Positions 47,357 through 60,691 of a DNA stretch of 63,865 nt are shown here, in pieces. Each line of letters opens with the position of its first letter. Within the stretch, counting starts at the first letter, position 1. The stretch is from NCBI RefSeq assembly GCF_000002075.1, contig NW_004797343.1:2744-66608 (forward strand), given 5' to 3'. Both the position numbers and the translations under genes were made by a program. The stretch comes from Aplysia californica (taxonomy: Eukaryota). The notes under the pieces are model-generated. The model was not told where the DNA came from, did no database searches, and saw only the letters and a program-made list of their open reading frames with translations.

Positions 47357-48091
47357 GTTGGTGGATAGTCCAAGCTTTAGTGAAGGAGATAAGATTAAGA
47401 ACAAAATTTTGACTGAGAAAAAAATGTGCATGTTTATATAAAATATATGTTTGTTTTATGTCCCTAAAAAAACAACCCCCCTCCCCGGGGCAGTGCCACT
47501 GATTGAAGTGTCTTTAGGCCATTCCCAAAGGGGGGGACATATCTCGTTCAAGCATAGTAGAATTGTAATGGGCTGATTCATGTCACGCTCATAACTGTGC
47601 CTGATCTACAACAGGGAACTGCTGCTTTTTCTTTCCTGATCCTTTCTATTGTCATTTTCCTCTACTTCTTTTGTATGTTTGTCACTCCCTTGTGACCTGC
47701 TATTTTGGGGTGCCTTGATAGTCGAAGCAGACCTTGTGCTGTTGAAGCTAGAGTGGTGAAGTCTAAGTCTGATTCCCTATAAAGACTTCAATGTTGACAC
47801 CCACCCCTTGGCACTCATATGACCTTATGCAGTTGGAGCGCCGTAAAACCATCTACTTTTTTTTTTTAATGAAAAAACAACCCAGATTTTAGACGTTTTT
47901 GTAAAAATTTGATAGCTAATAATTTCCAAGCTTCCACTTTGTTTACTTCTCTGTATCAGAAGTTAAAAGGTTTTTTTGAAATTCTATATTAAAAGAAAAC
48001 AGTTTGGTAATCGTGCATCCTTCTGTTGACTTCTCTGACCGTGATGCTTGTGTGAGTGTGTGTCTCACTCTTGTTCTCCATGTGTCCTCAG

Positions 48092-48184
48092 CTGTCTGCC
48101 CAGGCAGCCGCCCATGAGGCTCTTCAGAGACATTTTGCCATGGAACGAGAACGCTTTGGCTCCGCCGGACACCTGCCCCACTAG
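48092..48184 (+). CDS. RERE: Atrophin last coding exon (LSAQAAAHEALQRHFAMERERFGSAGHLPH*)
   Basis: cctcag acceptor, phase 0, TAG at 48182-48184; resembles RERE [21 protein letters not shown]. Confidence 0.88.
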   Translation: MSAQAAAHEALQRHFAMERERFGSAGHLPH

Positions 48185-51100
48185 CCTAGTAGGGTGTACT
48201 GCTCAACAACACCTCGCTACCACGACTAACTCCCAAAGGAGGTGGGATGGGGAGTTACTCGTTGAACTCAGGAGAGTGCAAATCTTGTGACTTTGTGTGA
48301 AAAGAGTGGATAGGTTTGACCTGCAAATCACCATCAGGTTTCATTTGAAACCAGAATTTTCTCTTTATGACCAGATTCTGACTTCACCGAGTCTCTTCAT
48401 GTGCATGTGTTCACCCTTCGGACACTCTCTGACCTGTGCCATGTGACCAAGCTCCGAACCCTAAACCTTCCTGGACAATGGTAGAGTGAGCTTGGTGTTC
48501 TTTATTGTGTGTGTATGATATGTTGAACGAAATTGATATTTGAATTGAGCAGAAAGTTGCTCAGAAAATGGCAGTATAAACTTGCTGCAGATTGTTGGAT
48601 GATGTGAGGCCGTTTTTTTGGTTGTTTTTTTTTCTTCTTGCCTGCTAGTGGAAGCAGCTGAGACAAATAGTGTTGTAATAGATTGTTCAAGGTGTGTACA
48701 ATGTTACTATATATAGCTCCCTTGATCAAGCTGTTATGTGGTGTTTACCTTGTTCCCACACCCCAACATAGTTGTCCTCTGAATCATGAATGTTAAAAAG
48801 AAATAGTTTTGCTTTGAACCCTACCTTGTTGTTTTGGTTTGCAAGGCCCAGGAAATAGTCATTGTCACCTGAACCTCAGAAAAATCCCAGACTGTTTTAA
48901 CTATTGTATTCTCCCCTTATTTTTTCCCCCATCTCCTCTCTCTCTCTCTCCTCCCATATCCTGACGTCCCTTGCGTGACTGAGCTAACTGAAGCCCATGT
49001 CGCTGAGAGACAATTTCCAAGTGGTGCTGTTTCAATGGAGAAAAATCACTTGATTTTCTTTGTTCATGTGTGGTTCAAACTCACACCTCGGGCATCTCTT
49101 ATGGCGCATAATGGCCCTGGAGTGTGGCAGACATTATTGGTGTTCACTGTACATTTTTATGCACATCTCCAAGGATTCTGGTGTTTGTAATTTGGCCCGG
49201 TTTGTTGATGAATGGATTGATATGTTCCCCACTGCACTGGGTGAACCAGTGTGGGTTGTTTGCAAAACTCATACGCAAAAGCAGTTATTCATAAATGTAC
49301 AGGAGTCCTTCTATTTTTGTTGTCATATATGGAATATAATAATTTATACTGAGCCTGTTTTGAAAGCATGTACAGATTTGTCAATTTTATGGTGCAGTTG
49401 TTCTTTGTTTGTTTTCTTTTCGCCCTTTCTATGCTTTCTACAACTGATCTATACAATCAATGTTCTTGTGTTGGTGAAAAGGACTTAACGCTGTGAGTTA
49501 TTTTTCCCTCAAGTTGAACAATGTAGGTGATTCATAATGGGAGCTTCAGAGTTCAGTGGAATTTGAAGGGAGATGAACAGTGGTGGACAGGACACATATA
49601 GAAATAATGTAGTGCAAGTGATACTGAAATATTTACATAACTGAAAGCTGTTGCATGAAACATGTAGTCTGTATTTTTTAGTTGGACAATTACGTTTCAG
49701 CAGTTATGAATGTTACTTGCGTAGAATAAAAAACAATGAAAGATGCTATATTTTCTAATATTTTTTGTTAACTGTTTTATGTTGGGTGGGAACTGAGTCA
49801 ATGATTATAATTTTGGATGCAGGCAGAAAAACTTCAGTTTTGTCCCGCAGTGAGAGAAGTGTAGAGAAAGTGGTGGTGGTAATAAGTCTCTGTGGAGGAA
49901 GGAGCCAGGCAGGGGTCAGTTGTACAGTCGTGCGGTGGGCTGGTTGCTACTGTATATATATAAGACTCATCATATTTCTGTTCCTTATGGAAGTTGTCAC
50001 AGTCCTCAAAGTGTTTGTGTTCATGGAAGAAATGGCACATTTTGTACACTTCAGTCTAACGGAAGAGACTGTGCTGGGTATAAATAATTGAGGATACTGT
50101 CAAGAACAACATTTGGCAGCCTAAAATGGAGGAACTTGTGTGCAAAGATGGGTGCTGTTGGTAATTTCTGCTACCATGTGAGCTGGCGTGCTTTTCCCTA
50201 TCTACTGGGCCAGAGAGGTGTGTCAGTGGAAACAAGGTACTACCTGGTTGTACAACACCCGTTTTGTTAATTGTCCATCACATCCTGAACTTCTGGCCTC
50301 ATCTCTATAGTTATGTAACTTGTGTTGTCTGTGTGTATAGTGATGAAACAACCATGATAAATTGACAGAATGATGGGACAGGTGTATGTTCAGATATTTT
50401 TTGGGTGCAAACATTGTAGATAAGAGTTGAGATGAGGTAACAGGTGGTGAGGGACGTCACTGTCTAGAGTGTCTAGAGTATGTTGTTGTACAGTCTGAGG
50501 GCGTTTGTTTTCTTCACCGCTTGTTTTGTTGTCAGTAATGTATGCTTATATGAAATGAAATGTATTATACTCCAGAATGCATAATTGTTTGATGGTTACA
50601 CCGATTCTGTTTGTGTCTGAACATCAAAGATTTCTTTGACGTGTACTTCCTCCCCTACAGTTTTTCTTGCCCTGTCCTGTCTGCGTTGCTCTTCCCTGTT
50701 ATTGGTGGCTGTGTACAGCTACAGCTTGTCAAGCGGCCAGCCTAAGTGAGGCACAAGTTGGAGAGAATGGCTCTCTCAACTCATCAACAACGACACTCAC
50801 AATCTCAGATTTTGGGTGTTTCAGTATTGGTGTCTTTATAGCATGAGTTTGACCAGATGAAAAATGAAATGACCACCCTGTGTTGGGATAATGCAATGAT
50901 GGGGGGGAAATGTACTATACTGATAGTTCTAACAACAGTTTGAAGGGGGTCACTCACTCAGCTCTGGGCAACTTGTGTTTTCTTTAGACTGGCTGCAAGT
51001 ATTTCTGTGTATTTTTTAAAATTTTAATAGCTTATATTTCTTGAACCTGGCTTGCAAATGTCCCATATTTAATGTTGTCTTTACTCAGACTGTTCCTGAT

Positions 51101-51851
51101 AATCACATGTTCATGTAATTGTCTGTAATGCAACTTTGTGGGCTGTATGGACTCTGTGGTGCTGGGCAGTCAAATATAAGTTTCTATCTGTGGAGCGTAA
51201 CTTGTGATGGCTGCTATTTTGGACCCTAAAGACCAGTTTTATGCACATCTCCCTGTTGATGGCTGGAAGAAGCTGCTACAGTCCGGCCTCATGTGTTGTT
51301 TTGTACAGAACCCTCATATTTTTCCCCCTGCTTTTTCTGGCTCCTGGAAGCCTTATGTAATGTAGTTATACATATCTCAATGTAATGTCAGGGTTGATCC
51401 GCAGACAGACGCTGACTTTATCTAAAGGAAGAATCCTGAGTTTCTTTGTACTCTTTGTCTGCTGCTGCACAATTCTGTGTGTGTGTGTATGATAGTGTAT
51501 GCATGGCATCAACTCTGCCCATTTCCTCTCCTGTCTTTGGCCATTTGTTTGGTACAGCCTCATGCTGAATGCAGGCCAATGATGAGCCTATAGTGTGCGC
51601 TGCCTGGCGTTTGCCTCGTTCAGTGACACTGAGTTCATGTCTACTCACCCTCACTCAGTTTCTTTGCTCTTCTGAAGCCAGTGTCTGGTTTCACTTTTTG
51701 ACTCTGCTGTATATACAGAAAATAAGAATTAGATTTCAGTGTAGGGAAGATGTTTTATTTAGTACAGATTTCTTCTTACTTTTGGAATATCCTTGCGTGG
51801 TTTGACCTCAACTGGCAGGGACAGAGCTGCCTGCTTGCTAAATTGTGTTAA

Positions 51852-52352
51852 CCCCTTTGCTGCCTTATAGTGCGTCAGGAAAGGGCATCATTTTTAGCTT
51901 TGTGCCATACCATGGACGACACAGAAGTTAGCAAAAATTTGCCATTCCTGGTTGCATAAATGACATGACATGTACGTACGGCTAACCATCTGGCTCGAAT
52001 TCTTCTGTATGGAGATATAGCCACAAGCACAGCACAGATTTGTATTCAGGAATAAAAAATATGCATATCAGTGCCAATTTTGCTAGTGCTAAACTTGCAG
52101 TCAGTAAACACAAGTGTAGTCTTGGAATAATGCATGTATTCTCAAAATGTAAACTTCAAAAGGACTGAAAAAAAGGGCAGCAAATTTCAATTTGGAACTT
52201 AGTTTTTCTCAATTATGGGCAAGATGGGGATTACAGGGAACCAGGAAAGCGACACAATCTGACAGTTAGTCCATATCTGCTGTCCTGATAAAAGAGCTTA
52301 GCTGAAAATGAGCGCTGGCAGTAGGAACGCACACCAGCTGGCAGGGAAGGGG
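51852..52352. mobile_element. piggyBac-like MITE inside the putative Atrophin 3'UTR
   Basis: TTAA-CCCCTTTGCTGCC...GGCAGGGAAGGGG-TTAA. Confidence 0.75.
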
Positions 52353-53700
52353 TTAACCGTTGTGTATTTGATGAGCCACTTATATATTCTGTTTGCCCTG
52401 CGGTCTCCGCTTACCATCTTGGATTCAGTATGACAGTAGTAACTGTTACAGAACCTTTCCCCTTCTTCCTCTCTCTCCCTCCCTTCATCGTTCCCTCAAC
52501 CTGTGTGAGCGCAAGGAGCTCCCCAGTCTCCCCTTTGTATAAATGGCCTGCTGGTACAATAATTTTAGCACTTTGTTTTTTGCTTCAGTTCGCTTTGTAT
52601 GTACAGGCAAATGGCAACCTCTGATAGGTCCGTCTTCTCAGACCTCTGACTTGGCCAGCGCCGATATGTTGATGGACAAGATGGGGATTACAGGGAATCA
52701 GGAAAGTGACACAATCTGACTAGTGAGTCCATAACTGCTGTCCTGATAAAAGAACGAGATACAACGGTTTTGTGTGGTGCTCTGTATGGTCAGTTTGTTT
52801 TGAAGATGAGTTTGGAAGATAAGAAAAAACACTCAAACATTTTAATGTTTCAAACTCAACAATGTTTTGGGATTGTTGTTTTTTCCCTCTGCATTAAGCT
52901 CACTTTGAGGAGAGGACAATGTAGAGGCGGGGGAGATTATTCACAGTTCATGTGTTGATTTCTACTTGTTTCCTATCCTGCCTTTCTGTTTCTCCCATAC
53001 CTTCTTTCTATCCTTCCTATCCTAACCTTGGCTTACGAGAAGGCTGATGTGGTCTGCTCCTTCTCATTGTTTCAATTGTGTCCGTTTGTTCAAAGTGGGC
53101 GTTGCTTATTATTGTGTAAACTTGACTACAACTTCACAGCCACCTCTACCCCTCTCACTGTCTCATCTTTTGTCTGAGCATGGTGTGTGCAAATGGCCAA
53201 CTTCTAGTGTGCATTTCCTTTCAGTTCAGCTTTGATATAACATTTTTTCTTAATTTTTATAAAGTTTTAGGATCGGAGAGAAAGGCTTTGTTATTCCATA
53301 TACTGTACTGTTGTGCTTATGGGTGCCTCTTGTTTGATTTTTATCCAACCCGACTCCCCTGCCCTCCCTTTTTGGCACATGGCCACAGAATATGGTCTCT
53401 TGTTTTCACGAGGATAAATGTACTGTAAGTGATTGAGAAAGCCTGGGAAGACTGCCTGTACCATACGCTGATCCACTCCTGTTTTTGACACCCCCTTCTC
53501 TGTAATCATAATTTAATTTACTTGAACTGGATATGATATTTATATCTCTATAGTGCGTTTTTATTACAAAAGCAAAAGGTATGAAAACCGCAAAGCTTAC
53601 AATTTTGTTTACGCATAGATACAATTATTCTCTAGCTCCATATGTATTTTGTTTTGTTTCTTTTTTTTTTTTCCTTTTTTTTTTTTTGGTGATTTTGTAA

Positions 53701-53706
53701 AATAAA
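53701..53706 (+). terminator. Candidate polyadenylation signal of Atrophin (implies ~5.5-kb 3'UTR)
   Basis: AATAAA with upstream U-rich tract and TGTA, and downstream GT-rich sequence; a repeat-dense zone follows. Confidence 0.45.
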
Positions 53707-54135
53707 ATCTACACAATCTATTGCTTTGCCAGTGTTGTTCTAATGTTTTGTGCAATATTTTTATAAAACTATTAGCTTGTATGGTTTTTACACCTCTTTC
53801 ACCTGAAGGGTTCTCAGAGTGCCACATAAACCTTATACAGAAGTCTTCGCTCAAACACAGGCTATCGTCATATATGGCGTGTTTTTTACTTAATTAATTT
53901 CAACGTACAAACGCACAGTCACTTCTTCTAAATGCATGCTTCGATCCTCGAATCACGCTGATGGGTAAAGCTTGACAAAGAGAAATATTGACTGCAGCCT
54001 ATAAAATAAAAATTAGTCAAGTGATCAGCTGCATTTGAAAAATTTATAAACGCACTCAACTGAATCATTAGACAGAGAGGTCTCTCAAAATGGCTGATGT
54101 TATCCATGCGTTTACCGAGTTGCAATAGATGACAG

Positions 54136-54295
54136 TTTAGTTTTAGTAGAGGTTTTATGGCGCTCGCAACTGCATAAGGTCATATGAGTGCCAGAAGATT
54201 AAAGGTGTTACAAGAGAGTAACAAACAAAAAAGAAGAAGGGAGAGAAAAGGACGATAGACGTTTGATAGGAAAGAAGAAGCACACCACACCAGAG
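54136..54295 (-). mobile_element. Family B retroposon, reverse strand
   Basis: Near-exact reverse complement of 9938-10095. Confidence 0.8.
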
Positions 54296-54348
54296 GCAGT
54301 CGGGAGTGATCACTGAAGCTCCTGAGCTTTTAGGCGGAGACTAGATGT

Positions 54349-57072
54349 ATACAATGGAACTCGAAGTCTTCGAAAGTTCGGATTCAACAAATGGAATTGG
54401 AATCCGGGGGGTATTCATAAAAATCAATCAAAATAACTCGGATTCAACGAAGCTGTTCACAGGGTGAACAGTCCCTTCTTACGTGGCTTCCCTCATATTT
54501 CTCTAAACGAATCTTGTCTATTCTTAAAAGCCATCCATGGCACCTGCATCGTGAACCATTATTCGCTTAGTTGTATCTTATGCAATAAATCAGCGGTTTT
54601 CTTTCATACCACCACACTCGTTGTTAGCACACATGTCGTAGCGTGTGTTGGGGTGGTCAGCACACATGTGATTTGTGTATGGAGGGGCACAAGAGGCGCG
54701 GACGTGGAACGCTAGAAGTCTATACAAACACGCCACAGTTATGCCCCCCCCCGGCTACTGATCTATATTATAATGATAAGCTAGCCATGACATAGATCTA
54801 CAAAATGAATTGCGCGCTGGACTGTGGAATCAAACCTTGCTGAAAGCCAGGCTCTGCACAGCTACATATCCTGTTCGGAAAACAATACGTATTACAGTGG
54901 TACTCGGATTCAACGAGAACTCGGATTCAACGAGAGGAGATGGACTCCCCCGTTTTTCTTCTTTAAAATCAATCAAAATAACCCGGATTCAACGAGCACT
55001 TAAATCAGCAATCTGGTAGTCTAGCTTATTTAATGTATGTTTTGCCACTTTTCTCGAATATAATATTTAAATGATGGATCGCACAAAGTTCTTTAGTGAG
55101 TATTGATTATTTTTATACATTTGAAGAGAAATAAATGATTGTTCAATTCTTATTTTACAATTTAAAGTGCCCTATTCAAATTTGGGAACCTATTCCTAAG
55201 CTGAATTAACACAATGTAATTACAGGGCAAATTTACAGGACTCTCTATTTTTGCATTGGTTATTTTAATTATTAAATGTGTTTGTCCCGTTTACGGTTTT
55301 GTTCTGTCCGCAGTAATAAATATATAGAGAAAAATGCTCTCAATCATATCAACATTAATTTGCCGATTCAAACTGTCTTACGGTGACATATTTTCAGTGA
55401 AACGAGTGAGATCGATTGATGCAGGGAGAATAGTAAAGAAAACAGGTTCCTTGTAAACCTAAAGTTAGTTTAGTCAAAGTCTGCTGAAGTTATTAATGTT
55501 CTTATATATCTATTACCTTTCCATGGCAACCTCGATCTGTTCAATTAGTACTGTGGAATCTCGTTGAATCCGTGTTCGTTATAGCAAACACAAAGTTTTG
55601 TGTAGATCTAGATAATTGTAGGCACTGAGCAAGTAATGTACAAGAGAAGTCACACGTAGTGCCTGAAAGGCGTGCACATTTTGAGCTGTGTAAATAAAAA
55701 GACTGATTTGTTCAAATACACACGCCTATGTCTTCTCAAATTTTTGTTTACCAAAAAGTTATGTTGCTGTGTAGAGCCTAGCATACGGCAACTTTTGATT
55801 CCATAGACCAGCGCACAATTCATTACGTAGATCTAGCTTATTATTGTAATAATGATCAGTTGCCGAGGGGAAAAAAGACTGACTTTGACTCGTTTGTATG
55901 TGCGACGTTCATCGCCCAGACCGCTAGTGCCCCCCCCCCTCCCCGACACATGTGCAGGCCGCCCATCCGACCCCGACACACGCCAGAGTAGACACGTGCG
56001 CGTGCCAACAACACATGTGTTGGTATTTTAAAAGGCCGCTGATTGGTTGCATGCAATCGGCTAAGTGAATAATGGTTCACGATGCAGGTGCAATGGATGG
56101 TTTCCATTCTGGGAGAAAAATTAGCGAAGCCACGTCTGCGGGGACTGTTCACCTTGGAAGCGACCTAGCTGAATCCGAGCTCACTGATTTAAGTGCTCAT
56201 TGAATCCGGGTTACTTTTATTTTTATTGATTTATAAGAAGAAAAAAAAACGGGGAATCTGTCTCATCTCTTTGAATCCGAGCTTGTTAAATCCGAGCTTG
56301 TTAAATCCGAGTGGAACTCGGATTTAACGAGGTCGGCGCGCCTGACCTAAAATCTCTTTGAATCCGAGTGTTCGTTATAGCAAACATGAAGTTTTGTAAA
56401 CATAATTACAGGCACTGAGCCAGTAATGTATAAAGAGAGGTAACAAGTGGTGCCTGAATGCCTGCATATTAATTATTATGAGCTGCGCAAAAGAAAAAGA
56501 CCGATTTGTTCAAATGCACTCCTGTTTCATCTCGATTATTTGCCAAAAAGTTGAAAAAGTTGGGTTGCTGTGTTGAGCCCAGCATACCGCAACTTTTGAT
56601 TCCATAGACCAGCACATAATTCATCACGTAGATCAATGTCAAGACTAGCGTATCATTGTAATAATGATCAGTAGCCGGGGAAAAAAAAGACTGTCACGCG
56701 TTTGTATCTGCGATGTTCCACACCCGGACTGCTGGTACCCCCTGACAAGCACACACAGTCACACATGTGCAGGCCGCCCATCCGACCCCAACAACGCATG
56801 AGTTGGTATGAAAGAAGGCCGCTGATCGATCACATGCAATCGGGCAAGTTAATAATGGTTCACGAAGCAGGTGCAGGGGATGGTTTCCGGGAAAGGATAA
56901 AGTTCATTGTGAGAGAAAAATAAGGGAAGCCTCGTTTGAAGGGGCTGTTCGCTCTGGAAGCAACCTCGTTGAATCCGAGCTTACTGACTGAAGTGCTTGT
57001 TGAATCCGGGTTATTTTTATATAATGATTTTATAGAAGAAAAAAAACGGGGAATCCATCTCCTCTCGTTGAA
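54349..57072. mobile_element. Cluster of pogo/Tigger-like MITE copies in both orientations (partial copy also at 58974-59095)
   Basis: TA-CAGTGGAACTCGGATTCAACG-type ends; many CTCGGATTCAACGA / TTGAATCCGAG subrepeats; 54460-54880 is homologous to the reverse complement of 55760-56160 and 56560-56960. Confidence 0.75.
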
Positions 57073-57420
57073 NNNNNNNNNNNNNNNNNNNNNNNNNNNN
57101 NNNNNNNNNNNNNNNNNNNNNNNNNNNNNNNNNNNNNNNNNNNNNNNNNNNNNNNNNNNNNNNNNNNNNNNNNNNNNNNNNNNNNNNNNNNNNNNNNNNN
57201 NNNNNNNNNNNNNNNNNNNNNNNNNNNNNNNNNNNNNNNNNNNNNNNNNNNNNNNNNNNNNNNNNNNNNNNNNNNNNNNNNNNNNNNNNNNNNNNNNNNN
57301 NNNNNNNNNNNNNNNNNNNNNNNNNNNNNNNNNNNNNNNNNNNNNNNNNNNNNNNNNNNNNNNNNNNNNNNNNNCCCGTTTACATTACACTTATCCTATA
57401 ACCCCTGTCTTTGACACCCA

Positions 57421-57543
57421 ACCCCAGACTCACCCCTGGAAAAGAGACTGTCTATGGTCACACCCCAGACCCACCCCTGGAAAAGAGACTGTCTATGGTC
57501 ACACCCCAGACCCACCCCTGGAAAAGAGACTGTCTATGGTCAC
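57421..57543. repeat. 41-bp minisatellite x3
   Basis: ggaaaagagactg recurs at 57438, 57479 and 57520. Confidence 0.95.
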
Positions 57544-57865
57544 GTCACAATTTTTATCTTGTATTTCTCTTCATTTCTACTTCCAAAGTCTGACATCCTA
57601 AAAAACTTTTAATTAAAACTTACTTTGAAAATTTGCACAATCCGGGAGGAAACCTGGGAAAAAAAGCCAGGAAATGTTTTCCCTTTGGTGAGTGGGAACC
57701 CTGAACTCAGTTGGCGGATGGTGGTGTAAAGTGCAAAGACACTGTGTTTAGGCAAACGTGGGCAAAATGGGTGGGGAGTGCAGTATAATGAGGTTTGACT
57801 GTATAATTAACACTTCCAAACCTCTCGGGCATTAAGATGAAGTTTTGCTCAATACAAGTGTAACC

Positions 57866-57871
57866 TTTATT
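57866..57871 (-). terminator. Candidate SRPRB polyadenylation signal
   Basis: TTTATT on + (AATAAA on -), ~840 nt downstream of the stop; another AATAAA at 58680-58685. Confidence 0.4.
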
Positions 57872-58712
57872 GTCTCAATATCTTCATCTTGCATGGTTTA
57901 CAATTTCTGGATGAAGTCCCACAACTTTCAATCTCAGCAGAATTGACCGATTTACTTAGAACCTGGTGTGAACAAATTTATCCTGAACTTTCATGCACAG
58001 TAGGGCCTACATAACTTGTAATTTCAAAATGGGTACGGCTAAAAACAAAACTACTTTACACTATGAAAAGCTACCAGGAGCAAACAAGTGGTAGTGGTAT
58101 ACCTCCCAGTGTCTCATACAGTGTCCTACATTCTGTACGTATGTCTGCAAGACATTGTGAGGAACATTACCATTGTTTGCTTGCTTTCACTTGCATTTTT
58201 TTTAGCGAAAAGCACTATCTCTATTTTCAGCATCATGGCCACTAATGAGAAAGACGAAAAAAATAAACCCTTCATTGAAACCAGGACAAGGTAGTAAACA
58301 CGTACAATAAATTGTAACAGTGAGTCTTTAAAAAAGACAGGAAGAGCATGAAAAGAAAAACAGGGAGAAAAAAATAAGGGATGCGCTTAAATATCGCTTA
58401 AAGTTGGTAAGAAACGGAACACCAAAGATGATATATAGATCCCTATTTTAATAAATCCATAACACCTCCAAAAGCAAAAACACATGTTACAGAGAAACGT
58501 ACAACCACTTACTGGCAATATTCATAGCATGCTCATAGCAATATAATGCAAAGCTTGTTGCTAAATATACATAGAATCACAAACATCATTCACAAACACA
58601 CATCCACTGCGCTGAAACAAAGACCATACTTTTTCAATTCAAGTGCCACTAATTTCAGTCAACCAACACTTTTACACTGTTTATTGCAGAGCCGCCATAC
58701 TATTTCTTCATA

Positions 58713-58929
58713 TCAAGCAATGTTAGAGATCCAGCTATAAAAGTCGTCCATCTGAGGGTTGTCAGTGCTCTTGCCCTCTCCAAGGGCACTGCACTCTGCA
58801 AAGTCAACTTTGAGTGGCTTCAGGTCAGCAAAATCAAAGTCCTTGTCACGTTTGCCCAAGTATGCATTGTTGTTGGCAGTGTCACCTACACCTTGCAAAG
58901 CTGCAGCTCTTGTGATTCGAAGAGTATTC
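58713..58929 (-). CDS. SRPRB: Signal recognition particle receptor beta, last coding exon (NTLRITRAAALQG...LGKRDKDFDFADL..VDFAECSA...WISNIA*)
   Basis: cctgtag acceptor on -, TGA at 58715-58713; matches recalled SRPRB C-terminus NTLRVTRS..LGKKGKEFEFSQL..VEFLECSA..WLAKIA. Confidence 0.93.
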
Positions 58930-59399
58930 CTACAGGAAAAACATCAACATATAGACCTATTAATATATATATATACAGTGGAACTTGGATTCAACGAAGT
59001 CGTCGGGCCTTGCATTCAATTTCTTTAAATCCAAGTGTTCGCAAACATGAGATTTTTTGTGTGGATAATTAGAGGCACTGAGCAAGTAATGTGTATTTGA
59101 CTTTCTCAATCAAAAGTAGTTTGGTTTCAAATCGTCGCCTATCACACGAAAGGGCGTATTCCAGATTTTGGCAGTTTTGAGTTGTTACTACTAGTAGATC
59201 TCAGATCTATGTTCACACGAAACGGCGTATCCCTAGCTTTAAAATTACAGTACTAGCAGTAAAAAATCCCAAAGGGCGTACGCTAACACTCAGCGCCGCC
59301 GAATCAGACGAAACGGCGTACACAGAGTACACGCACTGTGTTGCAGCGAATCCTGCTTGTGCAAGAGTGAAAATGAGGCGGTCCTTATTGTGTTGTTAG

Positions 59400-59522
59400 A
59401 CGGGGTGCCCACTACGGCTGGATCGGGTCGATCGCCCGACTCAATCGCCTGAAACTGAAAACAAACATGTTTGTTTTTGAGGCGATCGAGTCGGGCGATC
59501 CCATCCGTAGTGGGCACCCCGT
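59400..59522. mobile_element. Palindromic hairpin MITE within a larger Harbinger-like element (~59136-59774)
   Basis: acggggtgcccactacgg...ccgtagtgggcaccccgt with a paired interior; outer gcctatcacacg / cgtgtaataggc. Confidence 0.65.
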
Positions 59523-60559
59523 ATTATTTTTTATCTGATCTACGACATGATTTTCTATAATTTTTTAAATTACTTCAGTAGTCCCCGGCGCAGCAAACTT
59601 CAAAAGCCGGATGGCCGGACGTCAAATTCACAGGCAGCGGCTGTGGGGTTTTTTCATCCGGCCGGCCATTTGCCGGATGTTCGCCTACGGTTTGGGCCGC
59701 ATTTTTTATTACATGTTACGATTGGCCGTACGGCCCAGAAACCTGACCGGTCGGCCTGTACGTGTAATAGGCCCTTTAGGCATCTTTAGTCAAGGTTACA
59801 CTGTAGTTTAATTGTTGTGTAAATTATATTGATGTACGACAACTTTTTCTTTTCTCCAGTTTTCATTTAAACGATTTTAAAGTGATAAAATGCATAACAT
59901 AACACATAATGCACACTGAAACAGCAGTGTTTGCTCTTTCGAATGTTGGTGGACTTAAAGAGTATTAGACTGCTGAGTTGATACTGCAAATATCCCTTGC
60001 CTTTGAAGAAGCCATGGTAGAAAAATGGCCAAGTAAAAAGACTAACAGATGCGTGTTCTTTCACACGTTACCATACATTCTGAATGCAATAAAATTAAAA
60101 TTCAAACCCATTTTAAAAGCGAATGATTAGCATTTTTCTAAAGTGCAATTGTTGGATTTTACTATCATCCAGAATTAAATAAGACTAGCTAGCATTTGTT
60201 TAAGGGGGGGGGGGGGGGGGAGGGGAGGGGGGATATGATTATGATTATGATTAAAATCAATCAAATTCGACATGATCTAGTTACTCTCGGTTGCTGGCAG
60301 GCTGGTTCGGACTATCTAAAAAAAAAATCAGAAGAGGAGCCAACTGGCTATGAAGAAAATCCTGACCCTTTCAGACCCTGTGGAAATGTGTGCACAAGGA
60401 CTCAAAATTTACGGAAAATATTGCCTGAAAATCCAGACCATTTTAGACATTTGGATTTCCGGATTTATCGGCAAAATCAGCACCTCTGAATAAGACAATG
60501 AGACACGGGTCACAAAAAATAAATGTATCCAAAGACAAACTGAGAAAGACCAGGCTTAC

Positions 60560-60691
60560 ATTTCTTTTTCCAGCTGCTTGCGGATGACCTTTGCCCCCTT
60601 GGACAGCGTGAGATCTTGTTTGTTACACAGAATGAGAATGGGTGGAGCATTGCTGGACACAGTTCTGTCACTTAATAACATGTACAAGTAC
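60560..60691 (-). CDS. SRPRB: SRPRB penultimate coding exon (YLYMLLSD...ILILCNKQDLTLSKGAKVIRKQLEKE), GTPase G4 NKxD motif
   Basis: tttcaccag acceptor, AT|GTAAGC donor, 132 nt, phase 2-2; matches FLIACNKQDIAMAKSAKLIQQQLEKE. Confidence 0.93.

Larger units (their letters stand above)
21165..48184 (+). other. RERE: Atrophin/RERE-family corepressor gene, visible coding span (13 exons; 5' BAH/ELM2/SANT exons not seen)
   Basis: Manual splicing gives 4475 nt; with 1 upstream base this is one continuous frame to TAG. Motifs match recalled RERE segments: SKDWH..C..C GATA finger, MRTRR, SA.F.K..DRG..N.C.RTD..F.PL..S.LAKKR, DTPALR.L.EYARPHV, RE repeat, HxHxH repeat, DPLAAGP. Confidence 0.93.

Noticed and set aside
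57421-57543. CRISPR-like array (also the CTCGGATTCAACGA repeats at 54349-57072)
   Set aside because: Eukaryotic context, no unique spacers, no cas genes; these are a minisatellite and MITE subterminal repeats
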